Shown here one piece after another: positions 11,301-20,326 of a stretch of 64,000 bases of DNA (the first letter of the stretch is position 1; every line of letters starts with the position of its first letter). Source of the DNA: a virus; the IMG/VR virus record IMGVR_UViG_3300032047_000003, positions 47,568-111,567 of that record, one strand, 5' to 3'. Under the pieces are notes generated by a model that had not been told where the DNA came from, did no database searches, and saw only the letters and a list, made by a program, of their open reading frames with translations. The position numbers and the translations under genes were made by a program.

Positions 11301-14300
11301 AGCAGTTGTTCCTAAAAATAACGGCGTACTTCCCCCGGCTCCTCTGAAGCCTTGCAAATAAACACTTCTTGCAAATGAAGGTTGAGAAACAGCAGCTATC
11401 ATAAACCTTTCACTCGCTTTAAAAAGGTCAAAAACTCTTTTAGTCAATTGGGGATTAGCAAGAACATCATCTGCACCTGAGACTGCGGTTCTTCCTATAA
11501 TGGCAAAAATTTCATCTATTTCTTTCGTAAGCGTTTTAAACACAGCATAGCTGCTTCCTCTCGGCACAGCCTTTAAAGCAGTCTCTACACTTAGTAAAGA
11601 TTTTCTCAGTGCTGTTTGCGTTAAAGATGTCGTCGCTGCTGAAAGTACCTTTACTTCAGCTGCCACTGTCTTTACAACGCTACTAGCCGCTCTCACCAAA
11701 TCGTCTCCTATCCCAATAAAAAGATGCTTAAAAGCTCCTAAAGCAGCATCTCCACCTTGCGCAAGCCCTCTGCGCAGAGCAGTATATCCGCTAACAGTGC
11801 TGAAACCTCCTCTCATCAATGAACCAACCCTGTTAAGCCCCACTCTAGAAGCTAATCTTCCTAAGCTTCCTGACACGAAAGGAAAGAATCTGGGATTCAT
11901 TAAACTCGCAACTGCTGTCCTTATATAACTAAATGGAAGTCTCCATGCGGTTCTTGGCGCTAACTTAGACCCTCCTTCCACTGCTTTTACCGTAAACCCT
12001 CTTAAGCCAAATCCCGGAAGACCTACTTTTCCCAAACCAAGTCTTTTTGTAAAAAGAAAACTGATTCCAATACCCACTGAAGCAATAGCGGTTTCAAGCC
12101 CCCAATCAGACAAAAATCCTGCCCACTGTTTATAGCCTTGAAGAGCAGACGGATCGCTATTGTCCTTATACCTAAAGAAATCCAATCTAGCATCTTGAGC
12201 TTCGCCGTATTGAAAAATCCTACCAGTCTCCCATCTTCCAAAATGTTTTAATTCTGGAGAAAGCATTAAGCTGCCTAAAACTTGATGAGTAGCAAAATAC
12301 TCTTTATTTTTTGAGTCTTCTTCGATACCTTTTAAGTGTTGAACTAGTTCAGTCCCAAAACTTTGAACAACTATTTCGCAAGTATCTCCTGCTCCGCCCC
12401 AACTAATATCTGTCACTCTCCCTGAAATTAAAACCTCTAAGTTATCTGGATTGTTAGAATATCCAGCTCTAAGCTGGATATTCATTCCAGGCCTTAAAAC
12501 AACTGCACTGAAAGGTTGGTCTGTATCTGACTCTAAATTAGAGTTATCAGCAGAATAAGAAACCAAAGTATTCCTGTCTTTTTTTTCAGAAGACTTATTC
12601 TCTCTTTTTATTCTTTCTACTCTTTTTTTCGAAAAATAATCAACATCAATCGTAGCTCCTTTTCTTGTTCCATCTAAAGTGCCTGCAATATTTTGCAATG
12701 AAATGATTGCTGAGTCTGCAGCATTCTCCCTGGATCTTGAAACTGAAAAAGATCTAACCCCGTTAAAAGAATAAAAGTCATCCATGTTTATAAATCTACT
12801 TTCAAATTCGTCCTCTTCTATAAAGAATAATTTAAAAGTAGGATAAGCTCGAGAAAGTTTTTTCTTTTCCGTAAAAAGCCTCGCAGAGGAAGCCTTAGCT
12901 AAACTATTTAAACCTTCAAGTGAAAAAGTTTGATTATAATTTGTTTGAGCCCCAAGGCCTCTCAGCTTAACGTCATTGAGTAAGGTTTCTACAGCCTTGC
13001 TGTTTTCGCTTTTTTCTTCGATCAAATCGCCTACATATCCCGCTCCATTTCCAAACATATTCTCTATTTGCATTACTTCGTCTGATAGCATCGCTACAGA
13101 ATTGACTTCTTCAAGCAAGTTTCCATTTTCATGAACATACAAAGCACTTGAATCATAACTGTTGTTTTTCACAATTGCCTTTAGGGGCTCGACTCCTGTG
13201 ATTTCATGAACACGGTTGAAACCACTAATTGCATCTGAAGGGCTTTGAACCCCTTGCTGCCCGTCCATTATATAGGAAGTGTCTATTCCTACTGCCCACC
13301 CTCCTACAGTAGCTGCACTGTCATAAAGCATCCCACCGAAACCAGAAGCTCCATCAGTTATTTTTGCTGACCACGGCTTAGTTATGGAACGGTTGCCATC
13401 AGCATCTATGAATCTTAAATACCTGTAGAGGGAAGTTCTCTGAGCAACTACTTGCTCTCTTGTCTCGGCTACATAGCTATTATCGTAACTAGAGCCATCT
13501 CCATTTTGGTCAAATTTAAAAACAAAGCTATCTTTTCCTTCTGATTCTTGAATCAAAGTAACGATTTCTTTTTTCAACGAATCGGTCAAATCATTTCTTT
13601 TTGCCTGCCCTGTAAAAAACGGACTGTTCGCTTCTCCCAAGTTTTTATACAAAACGTAATGCCCGTTACTATCGTAATAAGTATCGTAAGGGTAAAGAAC
13701 GTTGTCGGTACCTTCATTGTTAGTGCTAAGACCTGAAGTGTTGTCGTTTGTAACATCTGTCGCATCTGAATCCGCAACCCTAATAGCAGTAATACTTTTG
13801 GACTCCATCTTTTTTAAATGTTTGTATGCTCCCTCTAAATAAACCTTTGAATTCCTTTCGATTTCATCTAGAAACTCTTTAGTTATTTTTGCTCCTCCAT
13901 CATTATAAATATCCCACATGTAAAAAGCGGCTCCAGTCTCAAAATTACTTTGAGTGTAAAAAGGATGATTGGGCAAACCTAAATCAGGATAACACTCTAT
14001 GCCGCTATATCTTTCAGAAGGAGGCACATAGTTATAAGACTCATTTAAAAAGTCGATTCCCAACGCATAACAAACTTCTCTGTTTTTTTTCACTTCTTCT
14101 ACAAAGCTTTTCAATTCATTTCTAAAAGCTTCAAGTTTTTTTAGTTCGTCGTCAGCATTTATATAGTTTGACAAATTGATTTCTTTTAAAACCTCAAGAT
14201 CTGTTCTAATATCTCTAAATCGAAAGTTATTTGAAAGAGCAGCGCCTTTAGCATAACGACTCTCGTTTGCTGTTTCGCTAAGATATTTTACATCAGTTCC

Positions 14301-17300
14301 CAACATGCTTTCAATTTTAAGGTTACCCTTATCGTCAACATCACTCTTGAAGTTCGAATGCAGCCTTGTCATTAATTCTTCGGCTTTTGTAGAGTAGTAC
14401 TTACTTAATGCAGAATTTGATCGATTTATAAGCATTGACGTGGCTGCCAGCTTGTTTAAAGTCTCTGCAGAAAGTTTACCTGTTGGATTTCCGAAAAGAT
14501 CAAATTCTTTAGTATATATTCCCGTTGAAGTAGGGTTTCCAGTCTTTAGACTCAGGCCATCCACCTTAATGGACTGCGATCCATAATGCGCAGATCTAAA
14601 AACCGCTTCAGTCCCTACTTCAATTCCCGATCCGATAAGACCGTAAGGAGTAAGTCTCGCCACATCTTTTCCAGTTTTTAGTGATCTTGCAACATCGTAC
14701 ACTAATAATCCTCCCCCTACCCCTTTTGCAATCGCCGCACCATTAGAAGCGCTGTAATCGAGTTTGTCAGGGTTATACTCTCCGTGAGCCGTAGTCTGAA
14801 ACATACCTCCAAAACCTCTTTCAATAGAATTGAGGCCTACATTGAAGCCAGATCGAAGATCGTCTAGTCCGAATTCATTAATAATTCTTGGTTCTAAAAA
14901 CCACTCGGAATACTGTTCAAAATATGACTCCAACTGCTTGAACATTATGAATTTTTGAATCTTAGGAGGAGCGTCTTTATACGCGTCTTTTGAAAATTTC
15001 ATATAAGCGTATGACTTAAGCAAAGTGAAATTATTCTCAAGTAAATCCATTCCTCCAACTTTTGCCAAATTAATAGTATCCAAATAGTTAATATATTTTC
15101 CATGAACTTGATCCCGAGCATCTTTAAAAGCCAAAGCTCTTAAAGTTAATTGGGTTACAGTCGTCCCATCAAAAGCACTTCCTTGATCTTCCCAAAATAG
15201 AGAGTTAAGTCCGGTATTCATTGCCCCACCCCAACCCATAGAACCTGATGTCGTTTCAAAATTTCCCAATCTTTGAACATTCGAAGATAAAAAAGTATTA
15301 ATCGCTTTTTCATCTTCTGGATGAACGTTCCATATCGCAGTGGGTCCTGGAGTCACATGTTCGATCCCCTTATCTAACCTAAGATAAAGTTGTTCCGATA
15401 TATTAAAGTTATGACTCAATTCTTCAGTTTCACCAAGAAGATGATCTGCTATAAAGGACGGACCAAACACAGGAATGCCTCCCTGCAGTTCAATCTTCAT
15501 GTAGTCATGGAGCAACTGGTCTACAGGGTGAAGGGGCGTATACATTGAATGCCCTCCGCGAGAATAAACTAAGGTGTTTTTATTAACGATTCCCCTTGCC
15601 TTCTTATGTATTTCTGTTATTCCTTGAGTCTCGACAATAGGAATCTCCTTAAATAAAAAACCTTGCGCCCATCCTCCATCCGCGGCTTCTTCTCTATATG
15701 CGCCAGGTTTTGAAATATTTTGCAGAATTGGATCCTCGGACAAATTGTTTTCCTTAGAAATGTAATCATAAAGGATTTCATTTAAAAGGTCTTGCGCCCT
15801 GATATACAGGTCCTTGGTGAGTTGAGAACGAACCGCGTCGTTATAAAGTCCCGCCTCCACCGCTGCATTCCACGCACGCTCAGCCAAAGCCCTACATGCT
15901 AAGAAATCATTCCGAAAATTATTTCCATCTGCAAGAACCCTGTTGCCGTCTCTATCAATGTAAAAAGGCATCGTGTCGTTGCCTATAATTTGTTTTCTAA
16001 AATTGTATATAATGGCCAATTCTTCTTGTTGTTTTTTATCCGCATTGTTTGGCAGGCCGTTGGTATCTATATTCAAGTTTATTAAATCTTCTTGTTTTAT
16101 TTCTATACTCGCATCTGTTTTTATACCTAACCTTTGATACTCGTCATTCAAACCACTTGATACCAACCTTATGACTTCGGAACTGGACAGTTCAATATTA
16201 CCCGAGCTGCCGATTGCTAAAAGAAATGTTGTAGAAAGAGCTCTATTTAACTCATAGTAGAAAGAAGCTTTAAGTGCGCTATCAGACCCTGAATTACTTG
16301 CTTTAAAATATTCTACTAAATCCACAGGGGTTTCAATTTCGGAAATTTCTGGAGCACTTCCATCAGCTGGCCCTGTAACTAAATTGAAAAAGAAAACGCT
16401 TGCAATTTTTTCGTATTCTTCTTCTAGATTGTCGTACTCATCATATAGAACTCCGTAGTCTATACTTTGCTGGAATCGCTCTAAATCTCCTTTTGTCCAA
16501 CCTAGAGCTCCGTTAAGGCTATCAAAAACTCCATCTCCAACAACTTTTTCTTTAAGGAAATTATAGTTATAGTAAATATAATTTCTCCATAAAGAAGGAC
16601 TAGCATTTAAATAATAACCTTCTACTTCAGATTCTTCTCCAGAGACATCGCTAGAGTTTATACTCCATTTATTTAAATCATATAAAGTTTCGTATGCTAC
16701 TTTTTTCGAAATACCGCCGGCACTTTCTTCTGCAATCGTATGCCGTATTTTGCTTTCTATCGTCCCTAAAAGTTGAATAAAATAAATTAATTCATTTATT
16801 GTATTTTCACCAGTAAGAGCTTCTCTATCCTTAAACCAAGGGTAATCATCATAGAACTCTCTAAAATCCTCTTCTTCTAAATAAGAAAAGAACCCACCGT
16901 CTATGGTTTCAATCTCTTCCCCCGCATTATAGTATTGCTTTACTATGCCTTCAAATTCATCTTCCCCTATCATATTTATAACTTCCTCTCCAAATCTGCT
17001 TTGTGCTATTTGTAACACTTTGTCTGAATCAGGCATAAGGTAGCCATTGTAGCTTACTTGAGGAGCAGATGCGTCAGCACTAAGCCGAGCAGGCGAATAG
17101 GATTTCTCTATAAAGTCTTTTGTATCAAGATCGTATTCTAGCACAGAATACTCTCCATTTTCCCATTTCCCCTTAAACTCTTTCAAATAGTTAATGACAA
17201 GAGCTTTTTTTGCTTCATCTTTAAGGCCTTCATAAGAGGCTTTTTTTATGGCCAGTAATACGTCTGAATACTCTATATCTTTCTTGATTAAACTCTTTCT

Positions 17301-20300
17301 TTCCTTTACTACTTGCAGTTGCTCCACCTGAAAGGGATTAGTTTCAGAAAGCTCCATTAGCATCAAATATCTTCCTGGAAAGCCTTCAACATTGCTCACT
17401 TGCGAACGGTTCACAACAACCCTTGGAGTTATGTCGACTCTTGTAGATGCGTCGAATTCGTTATCTTCATTCAATGTAAAAGACATGTCTACTGCTTTGA
17501 AACTTCCCAGAAGCCTAGTTAAAAAAGTATTCAAAGAAAAAGCATGACTGTCTGGCGCTTCCCTAAAATCTCTTGCTTGTTTTTGCAGCCTGTTTAAAAC
17601 AGAGTGCAAATGTTTCATCGGAAGGCTCATTGAATCCAAACCGTTGTCGCTTAATCCCGAATCAAAACTTTGAATTTCAAAAGCATAACCTGGCTCCATT
17701 GAGCCCATGTGCTGTGTTGTGGGAAATTCGTAACCCACTATTGGTATGCTAGCCACGATATTGGAAAAAGAAGCAGAGCAAGAAGTTACAAAAACTTCTT
17801 GATGGACTTTTTTGCTTCCAAGTTTGTGATATATCTCTTTTCTAATGTTTTCGTAATTCAAAATACTTGGGTCTGCTTGCAACCCTTTTTGAAATTCAAA
17901 CATCTCTTGCATTAAAGCTGCGTCTTCGTTCGAATCCAATATAGAGCTTAAGTTAGTTAAAGGAAGGTATTCGTTTTTATATAAAATATTTCCTGGACTA
18001 CCACCTCTTAAGTAAGGTTGAAACCCAAGTTCGCTTAATTTAATCATTTTATTTATATACGTTTTAAAAATTAAATTTTCATCTTTAGTCAACGACTTAA
18101 TGTCTATGTCTTTTTTCATTTGAAAATTATTTGCGTATGCTTCTACATCGGTTTTCAATCCTATCTTACTTGGGCCTTCTGGCTTTGATTCTTCTTTTGA
18201 AAATTTATGCATTAAGAGCGGATATGGCGGTAGCGCTTTCTTGCCTCCCGCAGCAAATACCCTTATTTCAAAATGCAAATGCTCTCCTTTAGAACCTCCC
18301 GTATTCCCCATAAAGCCAATAATGTCTCCTTTTTTGACCTGTTGACCTCTTTCTACAGCAATAAAAGCTAAATGCGCGTATTTGTGATAGAATACTTCGC
18401 CACCTCCAGTAGTGTCACTACTGGATAGCTCTGTGTAAAAACCATAGCCCGAAGCATTATTTTTTACAAATTCGACCACTGCGTCTTCCACTGCAAAGAT
18501 CGGAGCTACTCCCTTCCCTTGAATAGTCCTAAGAGCGCTCTTATGATCATCAGTTGCAAAAGGCTTACTTGAATCTGCTATAAAAGTTTCAAATTTGTCT
18601 TTAAAAGATCTTATTTGACCCCTTGCTTTAGAAGTAGTCCCGCTAACTTTTTCACCTTTTAAAACCTTTTTTAAATCTTCGTAACTCATGTAAGCTTCTT
18701 TCTTTACAGCAAGATCTATACCTTTATGAGGCCTGTTTTTTTTCTTTGATACTGGGTGTATTGGTCTAATCCCATAACCGTCTGTTATAACTGCAGTAGC
18801 TTTTTTATCTATTAGAGAGCCTAGGGGCGGGTACAAAGTTCCGCCGGAGTCTTCGTATTCTTGAATTGTTAAAATATTCTGACCGTAGCCTGTAAAACTG
18901 TAATCCTCTGGACTCGTTTTCGTTCCAAAATTCCATATTTTACTTACGTCTTTCGAGTTGACGTATTCTCTTCCGTATGAATGTCCATTTACTTTTCCAG
19001 TCTTGTACATTCCCTTTAAATTAAGCTGTCTGTTGTTAGGGAAAGCATAACTGGATAAAGGTACTATCTTGACTTCTTTTAAAAATTCTGCTTGAAGGTA
19101 TTTTCGCTTGCACCTTTCTACGAATGGGGGCATGTTAAGTCGAACAAAACCTCTGTAATTTAATTCAAAAGAAGCGTGATGTGAATGCATCTTAGATAAA
19201 ATGGAATTTACAATTGAACTATCTTCCAAATGAAAAGATTGAACTTGATACCAAAGGAAGTTGTCGTTATCTACCGAACTGCTTGTTCTGTGTCCTTTTG
19301 TAAATTTTAAATAAGAGTTACTGTATTCAGGTCCCTTAGAGTTAGCTTCTGCTTCTTCCACGCCCCACTCAGGGTGATATTCTGAAAAAACATCAATCCC
19401 GAAATCCGAAAACAATGCTTCAAACTGCAAGTCGTTAATATAACGCTTGTAGATATTACTGTGGTAAGCAAAAGTTGCAACAGAAGGAGACATGTTATCT
19501 GGAAGCTCCATTCCGTCCATGAGAACTCCAGAAAAATTATTTAAACTATTTTCTAAACTCATATTGTTTGTTGAAGCGTCCAGTAGTGAATTGAAATCCT
19601 TATACCTTAAATGCGGATAGTTTTTATAATGTTTTTTGTCAATCTGCATGTCCATATACCCCCTTTTTAATTCAGGGCCTATTACAACTGGAATGGTTCT
19701 TTGAATCCAACTCGCTCCTGACGATATTGGCAAGGTGTAATAGTCTTTTTTATAGAGGTAGTTTGGAGTATAAGGCAAATAATTAAACCATTTCATGTCA
19801 AGTTTAACAATAAACGTACCTGGCAGCCCCGCTGCTTCGTTTATGTGAAAGTTGGTAACAACAAATGCCATCTGTTGGAAAATGTTATCGCCTTTTTCTG
19901 GACTCAAAGAAGGGTCTATTGCATCTTTTATAAAATTGTTTTGCACGCTAATGAAAGGTGAATTTCTTATTTCTACGATAAGTCTATGCAAGTGAAGAAG
20001 CAAGTCTGGAGTGAATATTATATTCACGGTAACTTGACAAAAACCTTGCCCGCTCGGGACTTTTGTACTTTTCGAACTTCTTAAAGTTTTCCAGTTCCAA
20101 TAAACGTCTTCTTTTGATATGTTTATATTTGTAGGCGGAATATTAAGAGCAATGTCATTGATGATAAAATTAGATTTTGGGTCAATTGTATAAACTATAT
20201 TGTCGCTATTCTCGTTAGTAACATTAGATTTCCTTAACGAAGATTTGCCTCCTGGCAAAGCACTATTTTTATTGTAAGAATCTCGAAACAACCCTTTTCC

Positions 20301-20324
20301 TTTTTGCAACTTACTGCTTCCCAT
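8349..20324 (-). CDS. Giant baseplate hub-like protein with an M23 peptidoglycan endopeptidase domain
   Basis: 3991 aa. M23 motifs HKGID (~res 533), YAHL and GNTGGSKGEHLHFEIR (~res 682). The C-terminal third has hub-like blocks (RPGMNIQLRAGYS, STIWDVF, GEISILGDPSVKPWD, VKSVTHIFSFETGYIT). Confidence 0.75.
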   Translation of the reverse strand: MGSSKLQKGKGLFRDSYNKNSALPGGKSSLRKSNVTNENSDNIVYTIDPKSNFIINDIALNIPPTNINISKEDVYWNWKTLRSSKSTKVPSGQGFCQVTVNIIFTPDLLLHLHRLIVEIRNSPFISVQNNFIKDAIDPSLSPEKGDNIFQQMAFVVTNFHINEAAGLPGTFIVKLDMKWFNYLPYTPNYLYKKDYYTLPISSGASWIQRTIPVVIGPELKRGYMDMQIDKKHYKNYPHLRYKDFNSLLDASTNNMSLENSLNNFSGVLMDGMELPDNMSPSVATFAYHSNIYKRYINDLQFEALFSDFGIDVFSEYHPEWGVEEAEANSKGPEYSNSYLKFTKGHRTSSSVDNDNFLWYQVQSFHLEDSSIVNSILSKMHSHHASFELNYRGFVRLNMPPFVERCKRKYLQAEFLKEVKIVPLSSYAFPNNRQLNLKGMYKTGKVNGHSYGREYVNSKDVSKIWNFGTKTSPEDYSFTGYGQNILTIQEYEDSGGTLYPPLGSLIDKKATAVITDGYGIRPIHPVSKKKNRPHKGIDLAVKKEAYMSYEDLKKVLKGEKVSGTTSKARGQIRSFKDKFETFIADSSKPFATDDHKSALRTIQGKGVAPIFAVEDAVVEFVKNNASGYGFYTELSSSDTTGGGEVFYHKYAHLAFIAVERGQQVKKGDIIGFMGNTGGSKGEHLHFEIRVFAAGGKKALPPYPLLMHKFSKEESKPEGPSKIGLKTDVEAYANNFQMKKDIDIKSLTKDENLIFKTYINKMIKLSELGFQPYLRGGSPGNILYKNEYLPLTNLSSILDSNEDAALMQEMFEFQKGLQADPSILNYENIRKEIYHKLGSKKVHQEVFVTSCSASFSNIVASIPIVGYEFPTTQHMGSMEPGYAFEIQSFDSGLSDNGLDSMSLPMKHLHSVLNRLQKQARDFREAPDSHAFSLNTFLTRLLGSFKAVDMSFTLNEDNEFDASTRVDITPRVVVNRSQVSNVEGFPGRYLMLMELSETNPFQVEQLQVVKERKSLIKKDIEYSDVLLAIKKASYEGLKDEAKKALVINYLKEFKGKWENGEYSVLEYDLDTKDFIEKSYSPARLSADASAPQVSYNGYLMPDSDKVLQIAQSRFGEEVINMIGEDEFEGIVKQYYNAGEEIETIDGGFFSYLEEEDFREFYDDYPWFKDREALTGENTINELIYFIQLLGTIESKIRHTIAEESAGGISKKVAYETLYDLNKWSINSSDVSGEESEVEGYYLNASPSLWRNYIYYNYNFLKEKVVGDGVFDSLNGALGWTKGDLERFQQSIDYGVLYDEYDNLEEEYEKIASVFFFNLVTGPADGSAPEISEIETPVDLVEYFKASNSGSDSALKASFYYELNRALSTTFLLAIGSSGNIELSSSEVIRLVSSGLNDEYQRLGIKTDASIEIKQEDLINLNIDTNGLPNNADKKQQEELAIIYNFRKQIIGNDTMPFYIDRDGNRVLADGNNFRNDFLACRALAERAWNAAVEAGLYNDAVRSQLTKDLYIRAQDLLNEILYDYISKENNLSEDPILQNISKPGAYREEAADGGWAQGFLFKEIPIVETQGITEIHKKARGIVNKNTLVYSRGGHSMYTPLHPVDQLLHDYMKIELQGGIPVFGPSFIADHLLGETEELSHNFNISEQLYLRLDKGIEHVTPGPTAIWNVHPEDEKAINTFLSSNVQRLGNFETTSGSMGWGGAMNTGLNSLFWEDQGSAFDGTTVTQLTLRALAFKDARDQVHGKYINYLDTINLAKVGGMDLLENNFTLLKSYAYMKFSKDAYKDAPPKIQKFIMFKQLESYFEQYSEWFLEPRIINEFGLDDLRSGFNVGLNSIERGFGGMFQTTAHGEYNPDKLDYSASNGAAIAKGVGGGLLVYDVARSLKTGKDVARLTPYGLIGSGIEVGTEAVFRSAHYGSQSIKVDGLSLKTGNPTSTGIYTKEFDLFGNPTGKLSAETLNKLAATSMLINRSNSALSKYYSTKAEELMTRLHSNFKSDVDDKGNLKIESMLGTDVKYLSETANESRYAKGAALSNNFRFRDIRTDLEVLKEINLSNYINADDELKKLEAFRNELKSFVEEVKKNREVCYALGIDFLNESYNYVPPSERYSGIECYPDLGLPNHPFYTQSNFETGAAFYMWDIYNDGGAKITKEFLDEIERNSKVYLEGAYKHLKKMESKSITAIRVADSDATDVTNDNTSGLSTNNEGTDNVLYPYDTYYDSNGHYVLYKNLGEANSPFFTGQAKRNDLTDSLKKEIVTLIQESEGKDSFVFKFDQNGDGSSYDNSYVAETREQVVAQRTSLYRYLRFIDADGNRSITKPWSAKITDGASGFGGMLYDSAATVGGWAVGIDTSYIMDGQQGVQSPSDAISGFNRVHEITGVEPLKAIVKNNSYDSSALYVHENGNLLEEVNSVAMLSDEVMQIENMFGNGAGYVGDLIEEKSENSKAVETLLNDVKLRGLGAQTNYNQTFSLEGLNSLAKASSARLFTEKKKLSRAYPTFKLFFIEEDEFESRFINMDDFYSFNGVRSFSVSRSRENAADSAIISLQNIAGTLDGTRKGATIDVDYFSKKRVERIKRENKSSEKKDRNTLVSYSADNSNLESDTDQPFSAVVLRPGMNIQLRAGYSNNPDNLEVLISGRVTDISWGGAGDTCEIVVQSFGTELVQHLKGIEEDSKNKEYFATHQVLGSLMLSPELKHFGRWETGRIFQYGEAQDARLDFFRYKDNSDPSALQGYKQWAGFLSDWGLETAIASVGIGISFLFTKRLGLGKVGLPGFGLRGFTVKAVEGGSKLAPRTAWRLPFSYIRTAVASLMNPRFFPFVSGSLGRLASRVGLNRVGSLMRGGFSTVSGYTALRRGLAQGGDAALGAFKHLFIGIGDDLVRAASSVVKTVAAEVKVLSAATTSLTQTALRKSLLSVETALKAVPRGSSYAVFKTLTKEIDEIFAIIGRTAVSGADDVLANPQLTKRVFDLFKASERFMIAAVSQPSFARSVYLQGFRGAGGSTPLFLGTTALSATFNSTAIFFKTSLFFFAVDYIGGGIFGKSFTDTHKEYRRLYQNWFTKELVYFKLNPSDDNLYPPSPIYYMHNLTHIEKTVSEKVGMLFQMAFSDFSGAEGKSAMEFLKDWQNVNPLLYLKRVHPDACRYKLQNSTIWDVFHEMTLRHPGWIYSAVPYGKEFRYTMFFGIPSQRYWSKPATPGFIQRMNSVRELLTANVDDEDDLKRFFKQGYNEDYKTKKISDAEYEEFKKKARKNLMSKFKGKARNLLAVANQVKTTYNRAEYHAAMSKRKFTDTWNIAIGVYNPDAIVTEADLKDRQNYYETNSWDETGSNLLFLMEEMLKKPKRYSGMSQRELKRKFERMAAKGEARLKLKDKARSIETDIRADETFSDINDRKKLIEFINNRADHRFSTFGSKIENFLADENNVDERYVEGQTISKDDLELNRNTIELRGRLLKEYLTGLENRFVPFRNYHLIRSRENLIRNNFTVSQRNAVNSVNVYYKDMHDANNKKSVFMKASSNIPDSNLISQNVDKYDIRDRAMATRYGIGSLIYGVKEMYSGEISILGDPSVKPWDVCFLFDDQSKMSGPVEVKSVTHIFSFETGYITEIVPNAIVVGNESSSWPVLEALKVYVGGAIARERSVIDRGSSSDASSVNEQYGGDKNLPAILTTSKDKEELDTAIKRMNESTSRELGEIGYGTLGQRLGIIPESPDVSLNIDGFNLSYEASSSMIERYSDLVRNGIIEYKEVVDIDKNIFGETTNTENNVKATVNLEKLFKDLGNQNPSLNSDFSDFQDQAVSTVESLFDLGVSAFFAADALNPTTGTAGQFATKAIGLTGAGLSLLLLGKWKLNAGGLLKAAGVGGSGGVYMAGVDNQYYYNSSQVLDRFSSSYLIAAPIIFSKLLESEAVTIVPIVKEGKPLFAGVSTRSPTSVWQNILGDIVSGIDDAFRGVFDTIDENEAMGTEFYKHIVSRNPERANDPGLKYLKDSGQLLQYIKGN

Positions 20325-20326
20325 TT

